A DNA stretch of 64,000 nt from an uncultured Clostridia bacterium (lineage in GTDB: Bacteria > Bacillota > Clostridia > TANB77 > CAG-508). Below, piece by piece: positions 17,719 to 27,621 of this stretch. Below the pieces are notes generated by a model. The model was not told where the DNA came from. It did no database searches and was given only the letters and a program-made list of their open reading frames with translations. The stretch is from contig CALXFG010000002.1 of the NCBI GenBank assembly GCA_944387505.1, positions 3,011-67,010 of the forward strand. Direction: 5' to 3'. Position 1 is the stretch's first letter. Each line of letters starts with the position of its first letter. The translations under genes were made by a program, and so were the position numbers.

Positions 17719-18885
17719 TTAATTTGAATAACTTTCATAAGTTACATTTGGATAGCTAAATACTTTTCCATTTTCAGTAAATTGACCACTTGGACTATGG
17801 TCTTGATCAATCACTTCTCTTCCTACTAAGAAATATTTATATCGAGATTCTTCACTTGCACTTCCTCCACCTATAACAACTGGATCATCCCAAGTCGTAT
17901 CTACTGCATACCAATTTCCATTTAATTGTACATAATTCCAAGCATGGTTTTCTGTTTCTCCTTGTGAATTTGTTCCTGTTCCAATTACCATAACACAAGG
18001 AATATTTAGCTCATCTAATAGATATTTAAATGCTCTTGCATATCCTTCACAGACACATTCTCTATTTACCAATGCCCCATAAATACTATATATATTTTGT
18101 TTTGATAAACTACTATCATAATTGATGGTATCAACTAAATAGTCATGTACCATTTTAATATCTTCATAGGTATTTCCGGTTTTCTTTTGTACAATTTGAT
18201 TTTTCACCTGCTCGATTTGTGCAAAAGCTTGGTCAATTGCTTGTTTAGAATTAAATTCTTCTGTTAAATAATTTGCTTGATTTCCAGAATTGATATATAC
18301 ATTATATGTTGAATTTCCTGCTCTCGTAGTTGTTTCTATATTTAAAAACATTTTCTTAGGGCTCAAATAAAATATTTCTGGATTATCATATGTATAGGCC
18401 TCTATTGCAGATTGATAATATTCTCCCAATTTTTCTTGTCCATCACTTTGTGATAATATGTCTGAAAAACTGGTTCCTAATTCAATTTGATAAGTTCCTG
18501 TTTTCATTTGTTCTTTATTACTTTCAAATGCTCTATATATAATTCTTGATTTTTCGTCTAATTGATTATAAAAATATTTATCTACTTTGACACTTGAGTA
18601 GTCTGAATTTGTATTATTATTATTTTTTTCTATTGAACTAATCGGATTTTCAACAATTTCTGGTACTTCTATATCATCTTCTACTGTTTTTTCATCACTT
18701 GTTACAGTCGTAACATTTCCTGAATTTTCTACAAATGCTAATGCTTCGTCTCCTCCTGAAAATTCTTGGATTGCAATAATAGAAAAAACAATGATAACTG
18801 CAAAAATGCCCATAATTACTAAAAATAATATCACTGAAGTGATTTTATCGATTATTTCTTCTTTCATATATTGTTTTCCTTTCAT
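17719..18885 (-). CDS. Membrane-anchored transglutaminase-like (Cys-His-Asp) domain protein
   Basis: CVCEGYARAFKYLL (Cys), ENHAWNYVQL (His), AVDTTWDD (Asp). N-terminal TM segment. The start may instead be MKEEII at 18867. Confidence 0.8.
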   Translation of the reverse strand: MKGKQYMKEEIIDKITSVILFLVIMGIFAVIIVFSIIAIQEFSGGDEALAFVENSGNVTTVTSDEKTVEDDIEVPEIVENPISSIEKNNNNTNSDYSSVKVDKYFYNQLDEKSRIIYRAFESNKEQMKTGTYQIELGTSFSDILSQSDGQEKLGEYYQSAIEAYTYDNPEIFYLSPKKMFLNIETTTRAGNSTYNVYINSGNQANYLTEEFNSKQAIDQAFAQIEQVKNQIVQKKTGNTYEDIKMVHDYLVDTINYDSSLSKQNIYSIYGALVNRECVCEGYARAFKYLLDELNIPCVMVIGTGTNSQGETENHAWNYVQLNGNWYAVDTTWDDPVVIGGGSASEESRYKYFLVGREVIDQDHSPSGQFTENGKVFSYPNVTYESYSN

Positions 18886-18996
18886 AACACTATGCTTTTA
18901 TTATATCATTTTTATTATATAAAAACTAGTATAAATTTAAAAATTTTAGCAATACTAAAATAAATTACGTATCATTATGAATTAGGAGATTTCATT

Positions 18997-20694
18997 ATGA
19001 ATTTAAAAGATTTATTCTCTTCACTTTTTACTTATACACCTGATAATAAAGAAACTTACAATTTTAATTTAGTAGAAGATTTAAATACCAAAATCTATCC
19101 AGATAGCACATTAGGAAAAGAAGGAAACGAAAAAACAAAAATCTTTCCTAGTGTTTCGGTCAATACAGATTATTTGAAAACAAAATATAACTTATTAATT
19201 AATTCTGATATTGTTTTTCGTGATTTTATTTTAAATGCTAGAGGTAAACAATATCATGCACTTCTCATCTTTATAGATGGAATGATTAATACAGAAATCA
19301 TGAATGAATTCATTTTAGAACCACTGATGATGAGAAATCGCAATAATCTATATGACAGCTCTCAGAATAGAATCATTTCTGAATCTGTTACCAATCATAT
19401 TACCGTTCGAAAAGTCAAAAAATTTAATTTGGCAAACTATATTTCTAGCTGTCTTGTTCCTCAAAATGCGATTAAACAAGTCTCTACTTTTGAAGAAGCC
19501 ATTTCAGGTATTAATTCTGGAAATTGTGCTTTATTTGTGGATACCTTAAATATTGCTTTTGATATAGAGGTAAAAGGATTTAAGCAAAGAGGAATTGAAA
19601 AACCTAGCAATGAAATCGTCATCAAAGGACCTCATGAAGCATTTGTCGAAAATATTAGAACCAATACCTCACTTGTCAGAAGATTTGTTAATAATGAAAA
19701 TTTAGTTATTGAAAATATAAGTGTCGGAAATATCACAAAAACAAAATGTGGCATTTGTTATGTTTCAGGACTGGCTAATGAAGATTTAATTGCAGAAGTA
19801 AAATTTCGAATGAATAATTTAGATGTTGACTCTTTGCTTTCTGCTGGTCAATTAGAACAATTGATTTCAGATTCTAGTAATTTAAATACACCTCAGCTTA
19901 TCTCCACCGAAAGACCTGATAAAGCTGCTAGTTACTTACTAGATGGTAGAGTGATTATTCTAGTAAATGGTTCTCCTTATGCGATTATCACACCTGGTAT
20001 TTTATCCGATTTTTTAAGTTCACCTGATGACAAAAATCAAAAAGCGCTTTTTTCCAATTTCACAAAATTAATTAGACTAATCGCTGCCTTTATCACCTTA
20101 TTATTACCAGGACTTTATATTGCCGTTACCAGTTTCCACCAAGAGATTTTACCTACTGAACTATTATTCTCCATTTTAGCCTCTCGTGCCAATGTTCCCT
20201 TTCCCATTATTTTCGAATTATTAGTGTTAGAACTCTCTTTTGAATTAATCCGTGAAGCTGGTTTAAGAGTACCTTCTCCGATCGGACCTACGATTGGAAT
20301 TGTTGGAGCTTTGGTAATGGGGCAAGCTGCTGTTAGTGCAGGAATTGTAAGTCCAATCTTAATTATTGTAGTTGCTATAACAGGAACAGCCTCTTTTGCC
20401 ATTCCAGATTATGCATTTGGATTCCACCTAAGAGTTTATCGATTTGTTTTTATCTTTTTAGGATATCTATGTGGATTTTTAGGAATTGCACTTGGTCTAT
20501 TTGTATATATGATTGTTATGTGTGACTCAAAATCTTTTGGTGTTCCTTTTACAGTAGGTGTATCACCTCTTGAAAAAGTGAAAGGTAGCTCTTATTTCTT
20601 ACCACCTATGGAAAAAAGAGAATACCGTTCTGGGTTCTTGAATTCAAAAAAAGAAACCAAACAAGGTCATATTTCAATGAAATGGTCCCATTGA
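18997..20694 (+). CDS. Spore germination protein, GerA family A subunit
   Basis: Length and architecture fit: soluble N-domain plus C-terminal TM helices. GerAA/KA-like motifs: VKGFKQRGIEKPSNEIVIKGPHEAFVENIRTNTSLVRR and TERPDKAASYLLDGRVIILVNGSPYA. Confidence 0.88.
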   Translation: MNLKDLFSSLFTYTPDNKETYNFNLVEDLNTKIYPDSTLGKEGNEKTKIFPSVSVNTDYLKTKYNLLINSDIVFRDFILNARGKQYHALLIFIDGMINTEIMNEFILEPLMMRNRNNLYDSSQNRIISESVTNHITVRKVKKFNLANYISSCLVPQNAIKQVSTFEEAISGINSGNCALFVDTLNIAFDIEVKGFKQRGIEKPSNEIVIKGPHEAFVENIRTNTSLVRRFVNNENLVIENISVGNITKTKCGICYVSGLANEDLIAEVKFRMNNLDVDSLLSAGQLEQLISDSSNLNTPQLISTERPDKAASYLLDGRVIILVNGSPYAIITPGILSDFLSSPDDKNQKALFSNFTKLIRLIAAFITLLLPGLYIAVTSFHQEILPTELLFSILASRANVPFPIIFELLVLELSFELIREAGLRVPSPIGPTIGIVGALVMGQAAVSAGIVSPILIIVVAITGTASFAIPDYAFGFHLRVYRFVFIFLGYLCGFLGIALGLFVYMIVMCDSKSFGVPFTVGVSPLEKVKGSSYFLPPMEKREYRSGFLNSKKETKQGHISMKWSH

Positions 20695-20747
20695 GATCGT
20701 TTTTCTGTGGGACATTTGTCCCATTGAGATCGTTTTTCTGTGGGACA
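20685..20747 (+). repeat. REP-like element, 2 tandem copies (20685-20714 and 20717-20747)
   Basis: GTCCCATTGAGATCGTTTTTCTGTGGGACA occurs twice. The first copy contains the gerA-family stop codon (TGA 20692-20694). Confidence 0.9.
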
Positions 20748-20766
20748 CGACACGAAAGGAGTTTGT

Positions 20767-21870
20767 ATGGAAACATCTAAAATTACTGCAGCTGAAGCAA
20801 TCAGTATCGTTCTTGGAATTTTTGTTGCTTACACTTTGGTTGCTCTTCCAAGAAGTATGCTGGATGCCACAAAAACAGCTACTTTAATTAATCTTATTTA
20901 TGTAGGCTTGATTGCACTATTAATAACTTTTTTAATTTATAAATTACTGATTAAATTTCCTGGAAGCGATATTGTCGATATTGCAGAATACTTAGGTGGA
21001 AAAACATTAAAAACATTTATTGGTATTGTGTTTATTTTTTATTTTCTATTTAGTAGTAGTATTCTTCTTCGAAATTTTTGCGAATGTTTAAAAATTGTAT
21101 ATTATCCTATGACAAGTTTAATCTTTATTATATTAACTTTCATTGTTGTCATTTGTATTACTTTGCACCATCGTTTTTCTTCAATTGCTAAAGTAAATCT
21201 ATTGATTATTCCTTTAGTAATTATTAGTATCATTTTCTTATTTATTGCCAATATGAAAAACTTTTCTTTTGATAATATTTTTCCAGTTTTTGGAGATGGT
21301 TTATTTAATACATTTGTAACTGGATTAGGCAATTTAGGTGCTTTTGGTGGAATTACCTTATTATATTTTCTTCCACCTTATTTAAAAGAGCCTCAAAAGA
21401 TGAAAAAAATTTATCTAACATCCATTATTTTAGGAACGGTCTATTTCTTGTTATGTGTTTCTATTATCTTATTTATGTTTATCTCTTTGATGTATACAAA
21501 TCAAATTATGCCTTTATATTCTGCTGCAAGATATATTGAATTCGGAAACTTTTTTCAAAGGCTAGAATCCATTTTCCTTTTGATATGGATTTTGCAAATG
21601 GTCTGTTACTTAAGTATTGTTGCAAAAATATCTCTTTCTATATTTAAAAAAATCACGAATATCCGTGATGAAAAACCGCTGATTTTTGTATTTGGATTAT
21701 TGATTTTCGCTATTAGTCTATTACCAAAAAATTACGCAGTTTCAAAATTTATCGAGTATTATATTTATCATTATATGGTTATTATTGTTTCCATATTTTT
21801 AGGAATTTCTCTCCTAATCCTCGCATATTTCAAAAAAAGAAAGAAAAAGGAGTTGAAAGCAGATGCGTAA
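20767..21870 (+). CDS. Spore germination protein, GerAB-type permease subunit
   Basis: About 10 TM helices and APC-like. Operon position is between the A and C subunits. The start is trimmed to METSKITAAEA (RBS AAAGGAG). The track start 20740 lies inside a REP. Confidence 0.85.
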   Translation: METSKITAAEAISIVLGIFVAYTLVALPRSMLDATKTATLINLIYVGLIALLITFLIYKLLIKFPGSDIVDIAEYLGGKTLKTFIGIVFIFYFLFSSSILLRNFCECLKIVYYPMTSLIFIILTFIVVICITLHHRFSSIAKVNLLIIPLVIISIIFLFIANMKNFSFDNIFPVFGDGLFNTFVTGLGNLGAFGGITLLYFLPPYLKEPQKMKKIYLTSIILGTVYFLLCVSIILFMFISLMYTNQIMPLYSAARYIEFGNFFQRLESIFLLIWILQMVCYLSIVAKISLSIFKKITNIRDEKPLIFVFGLLIFAISLLPKNYAVSKFIEYYIYHYMVIIVSIFLGISLLILAYFKKRKKKELKADA

Positions 21871-23089
21871 AAATCTATTTAAAAAAATCTTTATTGTTAT
21901 TTTAATCATCATGCTTCTTCTTGCCTTTTCCAAGTCTTACTCTACTTTAAATATTGATAATTTAAGTGTTGTTGTTGCTATGGGAATTGATGTTTCTGAC
22001 AAAAATCATTTACAGATTAGTTTTCAATTTACCAATCCTTCTTCTGTTTCTGAGTCAGGAACTTCTGAACAAGCCCCTTCTATTATTTACTCTGTTGATG
22101 CTTCTTCCATTAGCTCAGGTATTAATTTAATTAATACGTATATAGGAAAATCTGTTAATCTTTCACATTGTAAAGTCATTACGTTTTCAGAAGAAGTCGC
22201 AAGTCAGGGAATTTCTGATGAAATCTATACTTTAATTAATGATACACAAATTAGACCTTCTACCAATATTGTGATTTCTAAAACCTCTGCTAGATATTAT
22301 TTAGAACATTCAAAACCCTTATTTGAAAACTTGATTACCAAATACTATGAAGTCTTTTCTGCCTCAGGTAGTTATACAGGATATACTGCAAATGCTACCA
22401 TCGGTGACTTTTTCGATAGCCTAATATGCCATTCTTGTGAGCCATTTGCGATATTAGGTGGCGTTACGAATAACTCCACAGAATATACCGGTAGCACCAA
22501 TTCAGAAAATGACTCTACCACAAAATCAAATGCCTCTTCTTTATCTGGTCAATCTACAGCTGAAAATACAGGGCTTGCTGTTTTTAAAGATGATGTTTTA
22601 GTTGGTGAATTAAATTCTATAGAAACCTTATGTTTCTCTATTCTTCGAAACCAAGTAGATGGATTCTTGATATCTGTTCCCAATCCCGGTAAATCCAACT
22701 CTTATATAGATTTACATGTCACTCCGTTAGTTACTCCAGAGATAAAAGTAGCTATTTTAGATGGAACACCATATATTACTGTAGATTGTCGTTTTACAGG
22801 AAGAATTTATTCTATGGAAGATGGTGCAGATTATTTGGATAACAATATGTTAAATCAGATTTCTAATTCTTGTAATAGTTATTTAGAATCCATTTTGACA
22901 GATTATTTATATAAAACATCTAAGGCTCTAAATTCTGATATCAATGGTTTTGGAAAAACTGCCAGAAATAACTTTTTAACACTTGATGAATTTTATGATT
23001 ACAATTGGAGTGAAAAATATAAAGATAGCTTTTTTAAAGTAACTGTTGATTCTTCAATCCGTTCTTCTTCATTGTTGACAGAAAGTTAA
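21863..23089 (+). CDS. Spore germination protein, Ger(x)C family lipoprotein subunit
   Basis: Overlaps the B subunit by 8 nt. It has an N-terminal signal/TM segment. VVVAMGID and a C-terminal region typical of the GerAC family. Confidence 0.8.
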   Translation: MRKNLFKKIFIVILIIMLLLAFSKSYSTLNIDNLSVVVAMGIDVSDKNHLQISFQFTNPSSVSESGTSEQAPSIIYSVDASSISSGINLINTYIGKSVNLSHCKVITFSEEVASQGISDEIYTLINDTQIRPSTNIVISKTSARYYLEHSKPLFENLITKYYEVFSASGSYTGYTANATIGDFFDSLICHSCEPFAILGGVTNNSTEYTGSTNSENDSTTKSNASSLSGQSTAENTGLAVFKDDVLVGELNSIETLCFSILRNQVDGFLISVPNPGKSNSYIDLHVTPLVTPEIKVAILDGTPYITVDCRFTGRIYSMEDGADYLDNNMLNQISNSCNSYLESILTDYLYKTSKALNSDINGFGKTARNNFLTLDEFYDYNWSEKYKDSFFKVTVDSSIRSSSLLTES

Positions 23090-23359
23090 CCAAAAAATCC
23101 TTATCTGTTAAATTTGTATTTGCTTGCATAAACATCTTAAATCTTGTGAAAGGACAAATCTCGCTTCGCGAGAACTTTTCTCTACTTTTCTAACTTAACT
23201 ATATATATTTAAGTTCTCGAAGAAGCGTAAAGATTTATCAACGCGAAAAATTGCATAGCAATTTTTCTGTGCAACGTTTTTTTGTGGTATAGGAAAAAGT
23301 CATTTTTCCTATACCATAAAAAACAATTTTACGTAGAAAATGATGGAGGTTTAGATAAA

Positions 23360-23536
23360 ATGATTAGTTTTTTAGAATTTGTTGTTTTTATTTTATTTTG
23401 TCTATATGTTTTTAAAGAAGCGATGAGTTATGGTATCTATGAATTTAAAAATGAAAATAAATTTGGTGGTGTATTTGTTATTGTCTTTTCTTTATTTTCT
23501 ATCATACTAAGTATTGTATCTATATGCATTTCTTGA
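23360..23536 (+). CDS. Small two-TM membrane protein (hypothetical, 58 aa)
   Basis: RBS GGAGG 9 nt before ATG 23360. Product begins MISFLEFVVFILFCLYVF... Confidence 0.5.
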   Translation: MISFLEFVVFILFCLYVFKEAMSYGIYEFKNENKFGGVFVIVFSLFSIILSIVSICIS

Positions 23537-23567
23537 TGTCGCATAGAGTTCGTTTGTTGATGGGACA
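23537..23567 (+). repeat. REP-like element with hybrid arms (TGTCGCAT...GATGGGACA)
   Basis: TGTCGCATAGAGTTCGTTTGTTGATGGGACA. The arms do not match: left CGC, right GGG. Confidence 0.8.
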
Positions 23568-23634
23568 AAAAAATGAACGATTTGGCCTTTTCCCTATCGT
23601 TCACCTATCGTTCATACTCAAAAAGGGAAAATGC

Positions 23635-23654
23635 GTCCGTCCCCAAAATCCCTT
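23635..23654 (+). repeat. Second dispersed repeat family, GTCCGTCCCCAAAATCCCTT
   Basis: An identical 20-mer is at 26009-26028 and a 2-mismatch copy is at 40121-40140. Confidence 0.8.
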
Positions 23655-25836
23655 AAATTTTCTCAAAATCAACTGTTCTCATTAATTTGCTAGCATCTTT
23701 TACTCTGATATTGATTTTGTCTCCTATTTTATAAGTTGTTCTTGTATGTTCTCCAATTAACATTTTTCTATCTTCATCATAAATAAAATATTCATCTCCT
23801 AAATCGTCAAATCGAATTAAGCCTTCGACTGTATTTTCTAGTTCTACAAAAATACCAAAAGAAGTTACAGATGAGATAATGCCTTCATATTCTTCTCCAA
23901 TTCTACTTTCCATATATTCTGCCTTTTTGATATCTTCACTTTCTCTTTCGACTTTTGTTGCTATGCTTTCTCTTTCAGAAGATTGTTTTGCTCTTTCTTC
24001 TGCTTGTTTTTTATATTCTTCCACAAAAGATTCTTCAACATCATAATTATCTTCTAAATATTTTGAAATGATTCTATGGATAAATAAGTCTGGATATCTC
24101 CTAATTGGTGATGTGAAATGACAATAATATTTACTAGCAATTCCAAAATGACCTTCATTAATTGCTTCATATCTTGCGACTTTCAATGTTCTCAATACCA
24201 AATTAGAAACTACTTTTTCCTCTTCTTTTCCTTGTACTTCCTCTAAAATTTTGGCAAATTCTTTTGGGTATATATTATCTTTATTTGCTTTAATTCTTAA
24301 CCCAAAATTAAATAAAAATTTATTTAATTCTTGCACTTTTTCATAATCTGGTTTTTCATGTACTCTATAGATAAATGGTGCATCTAGCCAAAAGAATTTT
24401 TCTGCGATGGTTTCATTTGCTGTTAGCATAAATTGTTCAATAATTTCATTGGCAAACGTTGTTTCATATTTTTTGATATTGGTAACTCTTCCGTCTATAT
24501 CTAATTCAATTTTACTCTCTGGAATGTCTAAATTCAAATAGCCTTGTTCTAATCGTTTCTGTTTTAAAATCAATGCCAATTCTTCCATTAACTTGAATTC
24601 TTGAAAATATGGTTCATATTGATTGATTATCTCTTCATCTTCATTATCTTGTGTATTTAATTCTTTTTGATCTGCATTGTTTGATACCTCTTGTTTATTT
24701 GTGTTCAGATAATCTAATATTTTTTGCACATTCGTATATGTCATTCTTTCTGTTACATTAATCACTGCTTTATAAACATCAGAAGAAACAACTTCTCCTT
24801 TTTCATTGATTTCCATACTACAAGATAGCGTAAATCTGTCTTCCCCTGCATTCAAACTACAAATTCCATTTGATAACTCTCTTGGTAGCATTGGAATTAC
24901 TCTTCCTAGCATATAGATACTCGTCCCTCTTAATAAAGCTTCTTGGTCTAATAAACTATTGGGTTTTACATAGTAACTAACATCAGCAATGTGTACATCT
25001 AACTTGTAATTTCCGTTATCTAATTTGGTTACTTTTACAGCATCATCTAAGTCTTTCGCATCTTCTCCATCAATTGTAAAAATAAGCTCTTCTCTTAAAT
25101 CTCTTCTGTTAGTAATATCATTTTCATCAATTTGATTTCCACATTTTTTAGCCTCTTCAACAACTGGTTCTGGAAATGTTGATGGTAAATGATGTTCTCT
25201 AATTAAAGATAACATATCTACACCAGCTTCATTGACATTTCCCAATACCTCTATAATTTTCCCTTCTGCCTTTTTCCCTTTTTCAGGATATTTTGTTATT
25301 TTTACTAACACCTTATGATTATTTCTAGCTTTTCCAAAATTCTTTTTAGAAATAAAGATATCTGTTCCAAAATTCTTATCATCTGGTACCACAAATCCAA
25401 AATTTTTATTATTTTCAAATCTGCCAACAATGGTATCTTTTTCATGTTTTAAAATCTTAACAACTTTACCTTCTGCCTTTTTTACTTTATTTTTCTCTTC
25501 AATAATTTCGATTAATACTCTATCTCCATTTAACGCATTTTTCGAATTTTCTTTAGCTATATAGATTTCATCTTCTTGGTCTTCTATTTTAACAAAACCA
25601 AAACCTTTTTGATTCTTTCTATAAATACCATCATAATAGACTGCATCTACTGGTCTATATTGATTTTTCCTATTTTTTTGGATTTTCATTTCCATTTCAA
25701 GCTTTCCTAAAATTCGTAAAAGCTCATTATATTCACTTTTTGGCACATGCATAATCATGGCAATTTCTTTTGCCTTCATTGGTGCATAATCCTTATCTTT
25801 AATTAAATTTAAAACTTTCAGTTCTTGCTCTTCCAT
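23653..25836 (-). CDS. rnr: Ribonuclease R
   Basis: RNB-domain motifs IDGEDAKDLDDAV and HFGIASKYYCHFTSPIRRYPDL, plus a C-terminal S1 domain. The start is trimmed to MEEQELKVLN (25836). The track start 25920 lies in an inverted repeat. Confidence 0.93.
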   Translation of the reverse strand: MEEQELKVLNLIKDKDYAPMKAKEIAMIMHVPKSEYNELLRILGKLEMEMKIQKNRKNQYRPVDAVYYDGIYRKNQKGFGFVKIEDQEDEIYIAKENSKNALNGDRVLIEIIEEKNKVKKAEGKVVKILKHEKDTIVGRFENNKNFGFVVPDDKNFGTDIFISKKNFGKARNNHKVLVKITKYPEKGKKAEGKIIEVLGNVNEAGVDMLSLIREHHLPSTFPEPVVEEAKKCGNQIDENDITNRRDLREELIFTIDGEDAKDLDDAVKVTKLDNGNYKLDVHIADVSYYVKPNSLLDQEALLRGTSIYMLGRVIPMLPRELSNGICSLNAGEDRFTLSCSMEINEKGEVVSSDVYKAVINVTERMTYTNVQKILDYLNTNKQEVSNNADQKELNTQDNEDEEIINQYEPYFQEFKLMEELALILKQKRLEQGYLNLDIPESKIELDIDGRVTNIKKYETTFANEIIEQFMLTANETIAEKFFWLDAPFIYRVHEKPDYEKVQELNKFLFNFGLRIKANKDNIYPKEFAKILEEVQGKEEEKVVSNLVLRTLKVARYEAINEGHFGIASKYYCHFTSPIRRYPDLFIHRIISKYLEDNYDVEESFVEEYKKQAEERAKQSSERESIATKVERESEDIKKAEYMESRIGEEYEGIISSVTSFGIFVELENTVEGLIRFDDLGDEYFIYDEDRKMLIGEHTRTTYKIGDKINIRVKDASKLMRTVDFEKI

Positions 25837-25850
25837 TAACCTTCCTTTCT

Positions 25851-25987
25851 TTTTGGGGTTGCCATTGGTTGCCATTGGGGACGGGGCATTTTGGCAACTT
25901 TTGTATCCAATTTGGAACATTTTTAAGATTTATAGTGAAGTTGCCAAAATGCCCCGTCCCCAATGGCAACCAATGGCAACCCCAAAA
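25851..25987. repeat. Perfect 50-bp inverted repeat (arms 25851-25900 and 25938-25987, 37-nt spacer) in the secG-rnr intergenic region
   Basis: The left arm TTTTGGGGTTGCCATTGGTTGCCATTGGGGACGGGGCATTTTGGCAACTT is the exact reverse complement of the right arm. Confidence 0.95.
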
Positions 25988-26008
25988 TTCAAAAAAAGGG
26001 AACAATGA

Positions 26009-26028
26009 GTCCGTCCCCAAAATCCCTT
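26009..26028 (+). repeat. Repeat family 2 copy (GTCCGTCCCCAAAATCCCTT)
   Basis: Identical to 23635-23654 and in the same orientation. Confidence 0.8.
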
Positions 26029-26036
26029 TTCTTTGT

Positions 26037-26285
26037 TTATGCCATATATAATATTCCTAATACAATCGTCAATACTGCAAATACGATTGATAATATAACT
26101 GTCCATCTTTTTTGTTTTCCTTCTTTGGTTCTGCTTTTATTTTTTTCAAAGAAGTTATTGGTTGATGAACCTGTAATTGTTGAAGATAGTCCTGAATCTT
26201 CTTTTGATTGTAATAATGCTAATATAATGATTGCTAATGCTATTATAAAATATATAACAACCAATATCCATTTTGCTATTTCCAT
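26037..26285 (-). CDS. secG: Preprotein translocase subunit SecG
   Basis: 82 aa with two TM helices. LLQSKEDSGLSSTITGSS is typical of the SecG loop. The secG-rnr synteny is common in Firmicutes. Confidence 0.8.
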   Translation of the reverse strand: MEIAKWILVVIYFIIALAIIILALLQSKEDSGLSSTITGSSTNNFFEKNKSRTKEGKQKRWTVILSIVFAVLTIVLGILYMA

Positions 26286-26633
26286 ATTGATTTCAATCCT
26301 TTCTCTAATTAAAAATTATTACATTTTTAACTATATCTCTGTTTCATTTTTTTAGTTCTTCAATGCTTTCATTCTCGAATGACTTCGTTCTTGAATTTCT
26401 TTCTTCTTGAATATTTGAGTTCTTAAATATCTTCCTTTTAAAATGTTTTTGTTGTTGAATGTTTTACTCTCATATAATATACTTTGCTATTTTAACATAT
26501 ATTTTTCTAAAATGCAAATATTTTTCATATAAATAGCAATTATTTTTCATGACATTTGGAATTTACTTTTTTCCTTTTTTCCTTACATTTGGAATTTACT
26601 TTCTCTTTTAAAAGTTACTTTTACAATTTACCA

Positions 26634-27590
26634 TTATTTTTCATTGATAATCTTGTCAATTGATTTTTCTCTCATTTCTTTTATGACTTTACAACTATTG
26701 TTTAATTTTTCTTGATCTTTCTCATTTAATTCTAAGTTTACCAATTCTCTTACACCATTTTTATTAATAATAGCTGGTATTCCAATATAAATATCATTTT
26801 GTCCATATTGATTTTCTAGATACGTAGATACAGTTAAAATTGAATTTTCGTCATCTAAAATAGCTCTTACCAATCTATTTAATGCCATACCAATTCCATA
26901 ATAGGTTGCTTTTTTCTTTTCAATAATTTCATATGCAGCATTAACAACTTCTTCATGCATCTTATTTAATTTATCCATTGGATGATGGTTATCTTTCATA
27001 ACATCTGTAATTTTCTTACATCCTACATAACAATGTTCCCATGGTACAAATGAAGAATCACCATGTTCTCCCATAATATAAGCATGTATATTTTTACTAG
27101 ATATTTTTAAATATTGTCCTACAATATATCTTAATCTTGCTGTATCTAAAACTGTTCCTGAACCAATTACTTGATTTTTTGGTAATCCTGATACTTTTGC
27201 TACAACATAAGTCATCAAATCTACTGGGTTACTTGCTACAACGATAATTCCGTTAAATCCACTTGCCATAATGCTTTTTGTAATATCTTTCATGATTTTG
27301 GCATTTACTTCTGCTAATTCTAATCTTGTTTGTCCTGGTTTTTGTGCAATACCTGCAGTAATAACAACTACTTGTGCATCTTTACATTCATCATAATCCC
27401 CTGCTCTAATAATCATTTTTTGTGGTGCATATGGTAATCCATGTGCCAAATCCATTTCTTCTCCGATAGTTTTATCTTTATTAATATCTATTAAGATAAG
27501 TTCTTGTATTCCTCCTCTGTTTAACATTGAGTAAGCCATACTCATTCCAACAAATCCTGTCCCTACTAAAACAATTTTTCCTTTTTTCAT
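26634..27590 (-). CDS. ldh: L-lactate dehydrogenase
   Basis: KIVLVGTGFVGMSMAYS (NAD fold), catalytic GEHGDS, and SGTVLDTARLRY. The start is trimmed to MKKGKIVLVG behind the RBS AAAGGAAGGA. The track start 27629 is in a REP. Confidence 0.92.
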   Translation of the reverse strand: MKKGKIVLVGTGFVGMSMAYSMLNRGGIQELILIDINKDKTIGEEMDLAHGLPYAPQKMIIRAGDYDECKDAQVVVITAGIAQKPGQTRLELAEVNAKIMKDITKSIMASGFNGIIVVASNPVDLMTYVVAKVSGLPKNQVIGSGTVLDTARLRYIVGQYLKISSKNIHAYIMGEHGDSSFVPWEHCYVGCKKITDVMKDNHHPMDKLNKMHEEVVNAAYEIIEKKKATYYGIGMALNRLVRAILDDENSILTVSTYLENQYGQNDIYIGIPAIINKNGVRELVNLELNEKDQEKLNNSCKVIKEMREKSIDKIINEK

Positions 27591-27621
27591 ACAAATCCTT
27601 CCTTTATCTATAAATTTATCT

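Noticed and set aside
23285-23316. A 13-bp hairpin TGGTATAGGAAAA-(A)GTCA(T)-TTTTCCTATACCA after the ger operon, considered as a terminator.
   Set aside because: The T-run precedes the stem and the A-run follows it on the plus strand, and the reverse holds on the minus strand. It therefore does not fit an intrinsic terminator in either direction. It may be a 5'-UTR structure of the small membrane-protein gene. A half-site recurs at 6451-6475.
25799-26355. ORFs 25799-26020 (-), 25869-26051 (+) and 25963-26355 (+).
   Set aside because: They read through the 50-bp inverted repeat, giving mirror-image peptides (PLGTGHFGNF / PNGNQWQP), or are antisense to secG. None has an RBS.
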